From: Mustelus asterias
Lineage: Eukaryota
Length of the DNA stretch: 64,000 bases
Assembly: GCF_964213995.1 (NCBI RefSeq)
Contig: NC_135813.1
Span: 79,174,001 to 79,238,000, forward strand
Direction: 5' to 3'
Shown: piece after piece, positions 35,999 through 49,229 of the stretch
Layout of the letters: each line of letters begins with the position of its first letter
How positions within the stretch are numbered: the first letter of the stretch is position 1
Position numbers and translations under genes: made by a program
The notes under the pieces: model-generated
What the model was told of the DNA's origin: nothing
Seen by the model: the letters and a program-made list of their open reading frames with translations, nothing else
The model's database searches: none

Positions 35999-38368
35999 AT
36001 AGGTCAAGATCACAATAATGCATTGAAATCACTAATAATGTTGACTCTGTAATGAATCTGGTGAACAAAATGAATTCGAGTTGAATGCCCAATAGGATGT
36101 GAATGTGTAAATGATTTATGACTTCGCCTATAGTTTTTAAAATTTCTCATTTAATGGGTGGTAAGAAAACTATATAGTTAACTATATATGGTTAACTATA
36201 TTAATAACTGATTTTACACATTAAAGTTTGTCCCCGAGTATATTTTCATTATATTGTTTCATTCCAAACGCCAATAAAAAACCCAATATAACTTATGTTG
36301 GGATGTGTATAATAGGTGAAAACGAGATTTAGAAGTACAAAATGATGTATTTCGTTAGTTTGGCATATTTGTAGATATTGGTTGCAGCTCGAGCGGGAAG
36401 AATAAAAAGTATGATCTAACTGTCATGTGATTCATGAGCGTTTGGATGAGCAGACACGCGTGTTCCCCAGTTCACCGTCTTTCCAGATTCCCCACTCTGG
36501 CCACACACAAGCTGAGCATCTCAGCCTCTGTCCTATTTGCTACCAGGAAAAGTGGCGACGTTTGCTACATTCACACGGAGAAGACAGGGAGAATGCAAGT
36601 TATTTTTGCATTCCCGTGGAAATATTTTCCCTTTATTTTAAGAGTTCCAAAGTTTTAAAGAGATTTTACACCCCTTATCGACATTGAATTAAAAAATCAA
36701 ATGAAAAGCTGTTAATGATTAAACAACTGAGTAATAGAGTAACAATTTCGTCAAGCATTTATAGAGAACGACTATAACTCGAGGTTTCAGAAGTTTTTAT
36801 TTGGTGAACGTTTTGTGGAAATCTCAGAATGATCCTGAATGCCTCAAAAATCTATCGCTCCATTGGCCCAGTCGCAGTCCCACTTTCGGTATCTCACCTG
36901 CGCCCCCCTCAGCCAACGAGTAAATCCTGCTTCTTTGCCCTCGCTTGGTGTTACTCAAAATCTTTGTTCGTATTTCCCTTTGCCTACACTGTGGTTACGC
37001 ATTCCTTCCTCTGGGTCTGCCCCTGTTACTGATACTGAGCACCTACATTGTACCGTCAGCAAGGCTATTTATTCCCATAACCAGTGGCGCCTATACATCC
37101 TTCAACACACATTCCCTTCACCCAGTGTCCACACGACATTTATCCAGTGCCACTCTCCCTTCACCCAATACCCAAAATCTACCCACAGCCTGTAACGAAT
37201 GCCCACTCCCAATGCCCACGGTTTTGTTTTATTCATTTACAGCAGGTGAGCGCTGATGGAGAGGCCAGCATTTATTGCCCATCTTGAATTGCCCAAGAGA
37301 AGGTGTTGATGAGCTGCCTTCTTGAACCGCTGTAGTCCCTGTGGAGGTGGAGGCAGGGAAGACCAATGACGCAGTGGTATTGTCACTGGGTTAGTAATCC
37401 AGAGACCCAGGGCAAGACCTGGGAACCTGGGATCAAATTCTCAAATCCGTCATGGCAAGATGGTGAAATTTGAATTCAATAAAAGTCTCAAAAGTCGAAT
37501 GATAAGCATGAAATCATTGTCGAATCTTGTAAAAACCTATCTGGTTCACTAGGGACATTATATATTTCAAAGTGATGATTTTGTCCTTATCTGCTGACTT
37601 TGTCCTTCTGGATGATAGCGGTTGTGGGTTTGAAAGATGCTGCTTAAGGAGTTTTGGTGAGTTCCTGCAGTGGATGGTACACATTGCTGCCACTGTTCAT
37701 CGGTGGTGAAGGGAATAAATGTTTGTGGAAGAGTTGCCAATCAAGTGGATTGCTTTGTCCTGGATGGTGTTGAGCTATTTGAGTGCTGTTGGAGTTGCAC
37801 TCATCCAGGCAAGTCTCTCCCTTTACCTATTGCTGACACTATATGCAGTGAAGATATCCCTAGAATCCAATGCAACACTCATTATGTCCAGCACTGATAC
37901 TTCCTACATCCAGTGCTGACTCCATGTATCCAGTGCTGACACTCCCCGGGCACAGTGCTGATAATCATTGGTTCCAGTGTTACACTCCTTATTCAATGCT
38001 GGCAAATTTGTAAGATCAGGGATCCTCTCTCCTCTCAATTGTAAAATTCAATTTTAATTGTCAGAATGAATTAGGAAAGTTATCCAAAAGGAATCTTCAG
38101 TTCTTGACTAGCTACAGACCATTCCAGATAAAAGTATGTTGTCACAAGTTTCACAGAATTTATTAAGTTAATTGTAATAATTACAAAATTACAATATTTA
38201 ACAAGGTAGTGGATCAGTCCGTTCACTCTGGAACAGTGGCTCTTGATTTCCAATTGACTGTGCCACTGTCTCTTGTTCTGTTGACTAAAGTCTACTTTCT
38301 TTCTTCATGCTGCGCTGTGGCACCGAGCTACTGAAAGTTGTTGCTCATTACTGACTTTTGAGCAACAA

Positions 38369-38753
38369 GGGATAGGCGATGGCCTAGTGGTATTATCACT
38401 AGACTATTAATCCAGAAACTCAGCTAATGTTCTGGGGGCCTGGGTTTGAATCCCGTCCCGTCAGAGGGTGGAATTTTAATTTAATAAAAATGATCTGGAA
38501 TTAAGAATCCACTGATGACCATGAAACCATTGACAATTGTTGGAAAAACCCATCTGGTTCACTAATATCCTTTAGGGAAGGAAATCTACCGTCCTTATCT
38601 TACCTTATCTTACCTGGCCTGGCCTGCATGTGACTCCAGAGCCACAGCAATGTGGTTGACTCTCAACTGCCTTCTGAACAGGGGCAATTAGCGATGGGCA
38701 ATAAATGCGGGCCAGCCAGCGATGCCCATGTCCCATGAACGAATAAAAAAAAA
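38369..38753 (+). mobile_element. Full-length tRNA-headed SINE with CR1-group tail
   Basis: A box TGGCCTAGTGG (38380-38390), B box GGTTTGAATCC, tail GGGCAATAAATGCGGGCC...GAATAAAAAAAAA. Confidence 0.85.
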
Positions 38754-39579
38754 CATTTAGTTCTGATTAGCCCAAACAGCACATAATCAGTCTCTGATTG
38801 GTTAAATGTTGCTTGATCAATGTCTGATTGGTCCCTTAATTGATCACCTTGCTGATATCACTTCCCATTAATTTCTAACTGGCTCCCTAAAATATTAGTC
38901 ACTTGTGGGAACATCCTTCTCTTTCTAACTTACCTACTATTTTATTAAGTTTATAGCTTTTCCACTGAGATGACAAAGCACTACAAGATAATTTGTGTGT
39001 CTGTTTATTTGCGATCAGAGGATGTGTGGTGTCACTTGCTAATGATTGATTTCTTTTAGGGCTCATGTCCCTAAATACCTAACTGATACATCTTAGGTGT
39101 CCTGGAAAGTTCAAATGCCTAAATGTAATTTCTTATCGACTGCTGATGCCTGAAGCAAGTTATTTAAAAACAAGCAACTAAAAGTACAAAAGATACACAA
39201 GTTTAAACTAATACAGCAATTATAAAATCACTACAGTACACATAAAATCAATACATAAAGTTGATTGGAGTGCTAAAGTTGAGGGAGCAATGAAAGTCGT
39301 CAAAGTCCCAGAGAACAATAGGCTCCTCTCCCCCTTTCTGAGAGAGAGCTGGTGATTTCTGAGAGAGATGGTGATTTTAACCTGCGGGGATTACCACACC
39401 TCAGACAAGGGGCAGGTTGAGAAAGCAGCGTCTTCATGAATAACCTCAGATGGTACGGGAATTGAACACGCACTGTGTTCATGAACTAGCCGTCCAGCTA
39501 ACTGAGCTATCTGACCTCCTTGAGAGAGCAATAGACACATTACAAAATACAATGTTCCAGAAAATACATTACGGACACT

Positions 39580-39850
39580 CCATTTCCAGTGATGTCACTG
39601 CCATATCCAGTGCTGACATCCCATAGTCAGTGGTTCATGCCAGCACCGACATTCCCCATTCCAGGATGACATTCCCTGTATTCATTGCCAATATTCCTGT
39701 ATGCCGCGCTGACATGCCCTATACACAGTACTGACGCCTATAATTCAGTGTTGACATTCATGTATCCAGTGCAGACATACCCTATACACAATGCTGACCC
39801 CTATATCTAGTGTAGACACTCCCTCTATCCAGTGCTGACACTGACACTCA
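39580..39850 (+). repeat. Degenerate ~20-bp minisatellite block (TATCCAGTGCTGAC)
   Basis: Same motif as the 41290-42390 array. Another degenerate block lies at ~37830-38000. Confidence 0.75.
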
Positions 39851-41290
39851 GGGGAGGTGGTGACATAGTGGTATTGTCACTTGACTAGAAATCCAGAGGC
39901 CCAGGAAAATGCTCTGGGAATCTGGGTTTGAATCACAGATGGTGGAATTTAAAAACTCAATAAAAATCTGATGTTTAATGATGACCATGAAACCATTGCA
40001 GATTGTCATAAAAACCCATCTGGTTCACCAATGTCCTTTAAGGAAGAAAATCTGCCATCCTTACCTGCCTACGTGTGTCTCCAGACCCACAGCAATGTGG
40101 TTGATTGTTAAATGTCCTCTGAAATAGCCTAGCAAGCCACTCAACCACTACAAATGGAACAAAAAGGATGGACCATCTGGTAACGACTGAGGCACCAGAA
40201 ATGACAACAGCGAACCCAGCCCCGTTGGGTCCTCCTTATTAACATGTAGGGATATGGGGGTAGGGCCTGGGTGGGATTGTGGTCAGTGCAGACTCAATGG
40301 GCCAAATGGCCTCTTTCTGCACTGTAGAGTTTCTATGATCTAGGGGCTTGTGCTAAAATTGGGAGAGCTGTCTCACAGACTAGTCAAGCAATGGCCTGAC
40401 GTAATCATACTCACAGAATCATACCTAACAGATCATGTCCCTGACACCACAATCACCATTCCTGGGTATGTCCTGTAATCTGCAGACAGTTAGAAGGGAC
40501 TTGCCCTGGGAACCCTCAACACCGACTGGACCCCATGAAGTCTCATGGCACCAGGTCAAACATGGGCAAGAAAATTTCCTGCTGATTACCACGTACCAGC
40601 CCCCCTCAGTTGATGAATCAGTACGTCTCTATGTTGATCATCACTTGGAGGAAACAGAACGTATGCTGGGTGAGGGACTTCAATGTCCATCACCATGTGT
40701 GGCTCAATAGTACCAATGCAGACCGAGTGGGCCGGGTCCTAAAGGCCATAGCAGCTAGACTGGGACTGTGACAGGTGGTGAGGGAACCAACAAGAGGGAA
40801 AAACATACAACCTCATTCTCGCCAATCTGACCACAGATGCATCTGTCCATGACAGTATCAGTAGGAATGACCACTGCACAGTCCTTGTGGAGACAAAGAC
40901 CTGCCTTCACATTGGGGATACCCTCCATCACGTTGCGTGGCAATACCAACATGCTAAATGAGATAGACTTTGAACAAATCTAGCAACTCAAAACTGGGCA
41001 TCCATGAGACACTGTGGGCCGTCAACAGCAGCAGAATTGCACACAATCTGTGACCTCATGTTCTGACATATCCCCCAATCTACCATTACCTCCAAGCCAG
41101 GGGATCAATCCTGGTTCAATATAGAGTGCAGGAGGCTATGCCAGGAGCAGCACCCGGCGTACCAAAAAATGAGGTGTCAACCTGGTGAAGTTACAATATT
41201 GGACTATTTATATGTTAAACAGCATAAGCAGCAAGTAATAGAGCTAAGCATCACACACCAACAGATCAGATCTAAGCTCCGCAGTCCCTG
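39851..41290 (+). mobile_element. CR1-group LINE 5' portion: tRNA-like head followed by APE endonuclease remnant; 3'-truncated
   Basis: Head shared with the SINE at 38369, then GLVLKLGELSHRLVKQWPDVIILTESYL and QVKHGQENFLLITTYQPPS. Confidence 0.75.
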
Positions 41291-42390
41291 CTGACCCTCC
41301 CCATATCCAGTGCTAACACACCCCATATACAGTGCGACCACTCCCCATATCCAGTACTAAAACTCCCATATTCAGTGCTAACCCTCTCCTTATCCAATGC
41401 TAACCCTCCCCATATTCAGTGCTCACACTCCCCATATCCAGTACTGATTCCCTATATCTAGTGCTCTCCCATATCCAGTGCTGATTTTTCCCATATTCAG
41501 TGCTGATTCCCTGTATTCAGTGCTAACCCTCTCCATATCCAGTGCTGATTCCCTATATCCAGTGCTCTCTCTCTATCCAGTGCTGATTTCCAAATCCACT
41601 AACGTTCTCCATATCCAGTGCTGAATCCGCATATCATGCTGACCCTCTCCATATTGTGCTGATTCCCTATATCCAGTGCAATCTCATCCAGTGTTGATTT
41701 TCTATATCAAGTGCTGACCCTCTTCATATCCAGTGCTGATTCTATCCAGTTGATTCCTTATATCCAGTGCTGATTCCCAATATCCAGTGCTCTCTCTACA
41801 TCCAGTGTAGATTCCCTATATCCAGTGCTGATTCCCTATATCCAATGCTCCATCCAGTGCTGATTCCCTATATCCAGTGCTGATTCCCTATATCCAATTC
41901 CCCATATCCAGTGACTCTCTCTATATCCAGTGCTGATTCACTATATCCAGTGCTGATTCCCTATATTCAGTGCTGATTCCTATATCCAGTGCTGATTCCC
42001 AATATCCAGTGTTGATTCCCTATATCAATGCTGATTCCTATATCAAGTGCTGACCCTCTCCATATCCAGTGCTGATTCCTATATCCAGTGCTGATTCCCC
42101 ATATCCAGTGCTGATTCCTATATCCAGTGCGGATTCCGAAATCCAGTGCTAATTCCCTATATCTAGTGCTGATTCCCCATATCCAGTGCTGATTCCTAAA
42201 TCCAGTGTTAATTCCCTATATCCAGTGCTGACCCTCTCCATATCCAGCGCTGATTCCTCTATCCAGTGCTGATTCCCTATATCCAGGATTCCCTATATCC
42301 AGTGCTGATTCCCCATATCCAGTGTTGAGTCCCTATATCCAGTGCTGATTCCTATATCCAGTGCTGATTCCCCATATCCAGTGCTGACTC
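41290..42390 (+). repeat. Minisatellite, ~20-bp unit ATATCCAGTGCTGATTCCCT, roughly 50-55 copies
   Basis: Directly visible tandem periodicity with 18-21 nt variants. Confidence 0.95.
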
Positions 42391-42960
42391 TGGGCTGTGT
42401 GGGAGGTGGCCTGACGTCAGTTGGCGGGGCCGCCTGTCGGGCTGCTTCTCTCTCTGTGAGTCGCTGGCTGGAGCAGGCGGAGCGGAGCCGAGAGGAGAGG
42501 CCGGGACAGGAGCCGGGGACAAAGTTACCACAAGTGGAGGTGAGTTTGTCCCCAGGGCCTTTGGGGAGGGTGGGGGGAAGCTGGGCCGGGCTGCCTGGAG
42601 GCTGGGCCGCCTGGCGGAGGCTGTGGGGCGGCGAGTGCGGCTGGGCCTGGGCTCCCCGGCCGGGCCTTTGGGGAGGGAGGGAAGCGGCTGGGGAGCTGGA
42701 GGCAGTTAGTGCTGAGCGGCGGGGTGGTGTTTGAATGTGAACTTTGAAACGGTGAGGGGAAAATTGCCGGCGGGAACACCCTGAACCCCTTCCCCCAGTT
42801 AAAGCAGCCACGGCGGGTTTTTCCCCTCACATAGAGACCGGGACACAATCTCCCTGTCACTTCCAGCCGCCCTTTTCTCCACTTATGTCTTGAGCATTCA
42901 GATTTTATTTTCAAATATACACTTGCTGCTTCTCTCGCGTCGAGTCGTGGTGCCTGTCAG
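42390..42960 (+). promoter_or_regulatory. CpG island promoter of the downstream gene
   Basis: Perfect CRE TGACGTCA (42412-42419), GC box GGCGGGGC, CpG-rich. Confidence 0.85.
42450..42539 (+). other. Non-coding first exon, probably CLIP1 (synteny inference only; start approximate)
   Basis: Consensus donor GAG/GTGAGT at 42540 inside the CpG island, no ATG. CLIP1 lies downstream of ZCCHC8 on the same strand in human, but no coding exon is visible in this window. Confidence 0.6.
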
Positions 42961-43914
42961 ATGACAAGGAGCCTGTGCCAACTCACACCAGGGCTCTCTC
43001 TCACTTTAGTCAGCCTCTGCTCTCTTACTTTATCAAGTGTCCAATAAATTCATAACTGTTGCACAACGACAGCAGAATGTGACTGTATCTCGAAACCAGA
43101 GCCACAAGATGAAGTTGCACAACCCACCTGCGTTGTTGAATTCTTTTGGCACTATTAAATAAGAGGTATGCCTTATGTTTATTTAAATCAGATTTGTTTT
43201 AAGGTGACTAACTATAAGTGGTAATTGGATTAAGTAGTAACAAATAAACAGGTGCTCTCCTGAGCTGGTTTTGACCAGCTTGTCTTTTTCTGCTTGTCAT
43301 TTTCATCAGTTTATAAGGCTGGTTTTGTATTCTTTATAGCTTCAGTGGCCAAACAATTTTTTTGAATTCCTGTATTATTGACTAGCAGTTATTTTTAAAT
43401 CCACATGTACAGAGATATTGCATTAATTGGATTATGCACAATTGCATCTTTGTTTTTAAGTCACTCCATCCCTCCTTGTCTCTGTAGCTCCTCCAGCCCC
43501 ACGAACCTCTGATTTATAATATGTGCTCCTCTAGTTCTAGCCTCTTGAGCATCTTTGATTTTAATCCCTTCTCTGTAGGTGGCTGTGCCTTCATTTGTCT
43601 GGACTCTGGAATGCTCTATCCCTAAACATCTCTGTACCTCTCTTTCCTCCTAAAAAACCTACCTCTTTAAGTCCAAAGATGTGGGGTTAGGTTGATTGGC
43701 CATGCTAAAATTGCCCCTTAGGGTCCTGAGATGTGTAGATTAGAGGGATTAGTGGGTAAAATATGTAGGGATATGGGGGTAGGGCCTGGGTGGGATTGTG
43801 GTCGGTGCAGACTCGATGGGCCAAATGGCCTCTTTCTGCACTGTAGGGTTTCTATGATTCTTTGACCAAGGTTTTGGCCATCTGCCTAAATATCGTCTTA
43901 AGTGACCCAGAGTC

Positions 43915-45410
43915 CAGTGGACAATAAAGGAATGATGATATAATTGTGGCTTGCAGGGGAACTTGCAGGCAGTGGTGTTGTTATGCATCTGCTGCACTTG
44001 TCCTTCTAGATGTTGGTGGCTGTTTGGAAGGTGTTGCCTAAGGAACCTTGGTGAGTGCCTGCATTGCATCTTATGCTCGTCAGTAGTAAAAGGATTGAAT
44101 GTGTGTGGAAGGGGTAGCAATCAAGCAAGCTTCTTTGTCCTGGATGGTGTTGAGTTTCTTGATTGTTGTTTGAGCTGCACTCATCCAGGCAAGTGAAGAA
44201 TATTCCATCACACTCCCGACTTGTGCCTTGTAGATGGTGGACAGGATTTGGGGAATCAGGAAGATCCCTAGCCTTTGAGCTGCCTTGTAGCCACAGTATC
44301 TATATGGCTAGTCCAGTTCAATTTTTGGTCAATTGTAACCCCCAGGATATTGATAGAGGAATTCGGTGATGGTAATGCAATTGAATGCCAAGGGACAATG
44401 TTTAGATCCTCTCTTGTTCGAGATGGTCATTGTCTGGCACTTGTAGCCCAAGCTGGATATTGTCCAGGTCTTGCTGCATTTTGGATATGTACTGCTTCAG
44501 TACCTAAGAAGTTGCGAATGATACTGAACATTGTGCAGTCATCAGCAGATATCCCCACTTCTGACCTTCTGATGGGAGGAAGATCACTGATGAAACACCA
44601 GAAGTTAGTTGGGCTGAGTACATTCCCCAGAGGAACTCTGCAGTGATGCCATGGAAATGAGATGATTGACCTCCAACCACCGAACCATCTTCCTTGATGC
44701 CAGGTATGACTCCCTCCAACAAGTGGGTGGTTTACAGCCTGATTCGCATTGATTTCAGTCTTGCTATAGCTCCTTGATGCCATACTTGGCAAAAAGCAGC
44801 CTTGATGTCAAGGGCATTCAGTCTCACCTCATTCTTTGAATTCAGATCTTAATCTTAAAGAACAAAGAAAATTACAGCACAGGAACAGGCCCTTCGGCCC
44901 TCCAAGCCTGCACCGACCATGCTGCCCGACTGAACTAAAACCCGCTACCCTTCCGGGGACCATATCCCTCTATTCCCATCCTATTCATGTATTTGTCAAG
45001 ATGCCCCTTAAAAGTCACTACCGTATCCGCTTCACTACCTCTCCCGGCAACGAGTTCCAGGCACCTACTACTCTGTGTAAAGAAAATCTGCCTCGTAAAT
45101 CTCCTTTAAACCTTGTCCCTCGCACCTTAAACCTGTGCCCCCTAGTAATTGACTCTTCCACCTGGGAAAAAGCTTCTGACCATCCACTCTGTCCATGCCT
45201 CTCATAATCTTGTAAACTTCTATCAGGTCGCCCCTCAACCTCCGTCATTCCAGTGAGAGCAAGTTTTAGTCATGTTTTGACTAAGGCTGTAACGAGGCCT
45301 GGAACCATGTGCCCCTGACAGAATTGAGGCAGAGCAGTGGTGAGCAGGTTTGACAGCGTTGTTAATAACACCTTCCATCACTTTGCTAATGATTGAAAGT
45401 ATTATGACAA
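43915..45410 (-). mobile_element. CR1-group LINE RT fragment with a younger CR1 3' end nested at ~44855-45260
   Basis: VPLGNVLSPTNFWCFISDLP...ISADDCT (RT, FADD-like). The nested piece encodes TRGHRFKVRGTRFKGDLRGRFSLHRVVGAWNSLP. Confidence 0.75.
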
Positions 45411-48400
45411 GTAATTTACTATTTCTGGACTTGCCCAAACATTACTGGACAGTTTTCTGTCTCGAATGTTGTTGTTTAAAGTCCCAGGATTTAGGCATGC
45501 AATCTAGGTTAATGTTTGCGTTGTGTTGTAGGATGAGATGTTAAACGAGGGCTCATCTACCTGTTCCGGTGTAGATTAACAATTCTTTTGCATGATTTTA
45601 AGATGAACAGGGAGTTCTCAAGAAATCCTGGCGATCGTCCCTCACCCAACAGCACCAAAGAAAAAATGATCAGCTAACTCTTTTCATTAGTTGTTTACGT
45701 GCTAGCTGACTGCTGCATTTGCCAACATTAACAAGTGATATCTACTTGGAAAGTAATTGGCTGTGGAATTCTTTGAGGAATCCTGAGGGTGTGATAATAT
45801 GCTAGTTTTTTGCTTTTTTAAAATTCATTTATTGGATGTGGGTGTCACTGGCTAGGCAGCCTTTATTGCCCATCACTAATTGCCCTGGAGAAGATGGTGG
45901 TGAGCTGCCTTCTTGAACTGTTGCAGTCCATCTGGTGTAAGTACACCCACAGTGCTGTTAGGGAGAGAGTTCCAGGATTTTGACCCAGTGACTGAAGGAA
46001 CGGCGATTTATTTCCATGTTGGGATAGTGAGTGGTTGGAGGGGAACCTCCAGGTGGAGGTAGTCTTTTCAATTTCTTTTCCTTTTTATTTCATAATTTCA
46101 TATTTTGTGTTCTACAGTTGCTAGCATTATATTTGTATATTTTTCATATCTTTATGCCATCCGAATGGGAATTTCTCCCATTAGGCTGTCAAAATTTGTC
46201 GGATTATTAAAGTTATGATCCAGATCCATTGCCTCCTGGTGGGACCAAACTTGTTGAATATCACCATATGTCCACTATTCATTATGGTTGATTTTTTTTC
46301 TCTAATTGGAAAAGCTGAGTTTAAAGAGAATTTACATTTCAACTTCGTACAACATTATTTTTATATTTGTTGTTAAAAGCCTCTTGCTAGGAATGTAACT
46401 GAGCAAACAAGTAAGAATTGCCTAAAATAGATGCTCTATATTTCCCCCTGCTTTTGTCTCTCTCTTTTGGCAATAAATTGTGCTTTGGTGTAATTCTACC
46501 TTGCCACACCCGCATGGCTGTTTGTTAGGTGTGAACCTTCGTTAATGTTGACAGTTCGGTGTACCTCAGCTGATTCTCCTAACACCCATTTTCTTCAGAT
46601 ATTTGCTGAACAGTGATTTAGGAATGGAAATGCGAGCTGAATTTTTCTTTCCCAATCCGGGATGCTGAGGTCAGTTGCAGTATCTTCACCATTAACCCAG
46701 TGTGGCATAGTTAAGTTGCCCTAAAGCAGACCATACATGGTATGTTCTTGATCTGCATAGCTCAATACAATGTCAAATGGCATATCTAATTCATTGATTT
46801 CAATTTGTAATATCTCCCAGGTACTGTTGAAGATTCGTACTTCGGTTGCACCTGTGAAAATTGTACCAGTGACTTTTACACTTCCTACTCGTGGCAGGTT
46901 ATTCTCATCCTCCTCCGAAGATGTGTTGTTAGGAATACTAGGCACTGAATGTTTTTCCAGTGTTCTGGGTAGAAACAAAAGGAATCTATTTTTTTAATTA
47001 ATTAAAAATAATCTTTTGTTGTGCAGTTTTAACAAAGCTGTGGGAATGTTATTTGTGGTAAGTGATTCAGCTTTTCCATAGTGGAGATTATAATCAAATA
47101 CCTCAACTGTGTAAATCTAATCTTGATCTCATCCAGGAAAACAACCTCCCCTTGATTTTGTTTGGGTTGTAGACATTTTCTGCAAATTGGTAGGTTTTGG
47201 ATTAAAATCAGGAATTAAGTCAGCCCATACTTAGTGCACGTACTAGAGATAGCTCTTACAACAATGGACGAACATATTTAATTAAATTGTGGTGATCTCA
47301 GTGGTTTGAAAAGTATATTTAGGGTTTCGGAATTCAGCCAATGAAGCAGCAGCCCAGACAGAACACTTCACAGAAGCTAACATTGATTCCACCTGCCCCC
47401 CCACCGCCCCCTCGGTTGTACTGCAGTGAAACAAGTCAACTGTGAAGGGTCCTAATAGGTAGTTTGTTTACTAGCTTACACTGACTTAAAGAACTTAGCA
47501 GTTTTGAGAAATTTATATTTTAAAGGAATTAGCAGGTGAAGTTTTCTGTCCCTCTTCCAGTGAGTACAATATTTAGAAGTAAAATTTATTAAGTTCTCCA
47601 TAAAACTGCCCTTTAAGAATTTTTTTCAGGCAATCTTGTAATTGCATCATTAATATTTGCTTGTTGACTAGAAAACATAGGTTTCTATCCCTGTCTTGAC
47701 TGCGAAGCATTCAGACCTCCTCAACAATTTCAGTTTCACTAACCTTGGCTGTGATTTCTCTGGGGCAGAGCGGCGTGCTTTCAGAAGTGAATATAATCTC
47801 TCTCTGAATTATTCAAGACTACCTTCCAGTGGCTGACATTGTTAATGTTACTCTGTGATTGGTTGATAGGAAATTTGCTTCAGTGAGGCATAATTAATTA
47901 TTCTCTCCCTGGGTGGGTATTGAGAACGCTGCATATTCATTGTCCTAATACTTGGTATAAAACTTGTAAGTCAACTTTGGTTGTGCCACTGTTGCAGTCG
48001 CCATTTCTGCAATTACTAAACAACGTAATACTTGAATCATTTCCCGGCTATCTAAGAGGTAAAACTTCTTATTAAACATTTGGTTAGTAGTTTGGGGAAA
48101 GAAGTGTTAAGGTCATTATGATTTAACATCATAATGTTAAGATTGCATCTTAAAACTCATTTATATATCATGATGTAGCGAGTAAACCAATGACCTCAAA
48201 TGCATTTATGCTTGTTTCTCTTGCGCTGGTTTTCTGCAAATTGATATGAAGAACTGCATTAAAAAATCATGCCCAAACCAGCTGTTTAATGGCCATTGCC
48301 TTTTTGTATCTGCTGTTCTCGTTGAATTTGGCACATACTTATACATGTGTAGGAAACTTAGCAAAAAGATCTGTGTATTTGAAGCAATTAAATGATTTGT

Positions 48401-49229
48401 AAAAGAAACACTTCTTATATTTGAGGAATTCTTTATTTGCCCTTATTTTTGGTTTTTGAGCATATGCAGAAATGTTTAACCTTGGAGAGCCCAAAACTTA
48501 TCCTTTGTACAGTTAGGCTTCACTTCTGTGACGTAAAAGGAGACATGATTTGCTTCCTTGCCTTTTTATATAGAAGTCTCATTTGCTGTTTACACCTGTG
48601 CTCAGTGAGAGTGATATTGCAATATTACACTTCACTAAGGCATGGGAAATCAATTCCATCACGGATTTGAAAAATGTTCAGTGTATCTTGGAGCTGGTTA
48701 CCTATTCTGTTAATTTGGTCCAAGACTAATATTGGATGTATTTTGGTATTAAAATAGTTTTTATTTTGAAAAGAAAATCCAAGTTTTTTGTATGAAGAAG
48801 ATACTAAATGCAGAAACAACTTTTTTTGGTCGTGGATTAAATCTGAGTGCTAGCAAATACTTCAGAATAATTAAGTAGTGGAAAACTACAATATATTATT
48901 AATGTGGACACTTGGGAATGCAATTAGTGATATGAATAAGAAATTTAGATTATTCAAATCAAACAATACATTTTTAATGAAGGACATGAAAGAGTTTGTT
49001 TATGTATGCATTTGTGTTCCTGTTGTGTAATCAGCATTTAATCTTCCTCAAATGTGTAGTTTAATCTCAATTCATCATGGACAATTGTTCTGATACAGAT
49101 CAAGCCGCTGCCAAGTGAGTTTGCATGTACTCATCAGTACAGGTAAAATTACTTTCTAAAGCCTAGAGTGGCATTACACATACAAAAGAAGATGGATTTA
49201 GAACTGTTATTTTATCTGGTATGAGATAG

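Noticed and set aside
41290-42390. CRISPR-like appearance of the repeat array
   Set aside because: Units are head-to-tail with only 5-9 nt of variable, mutually related sequence. There are no unique spacers and no cas genes, and the context is vertebrate.
41290-42390. ATATCC in each unit resembling the U12 donor
   Set aside because: It is followed by AG rather than TT, and it lies upstream of the TSS; coincidence.
42293-42914. Overlapping 129-172 aa ORFs
   Set aside because: By-products of the GC-rich island and stop-poor minisatellite; no recognisable CLIP1 or other protein motifs.
46721-46997. 85-aa minus and 75-aa plus ORFs
   Set aside because: Non-ATG starts, no convincing splice context, no recognisable family.
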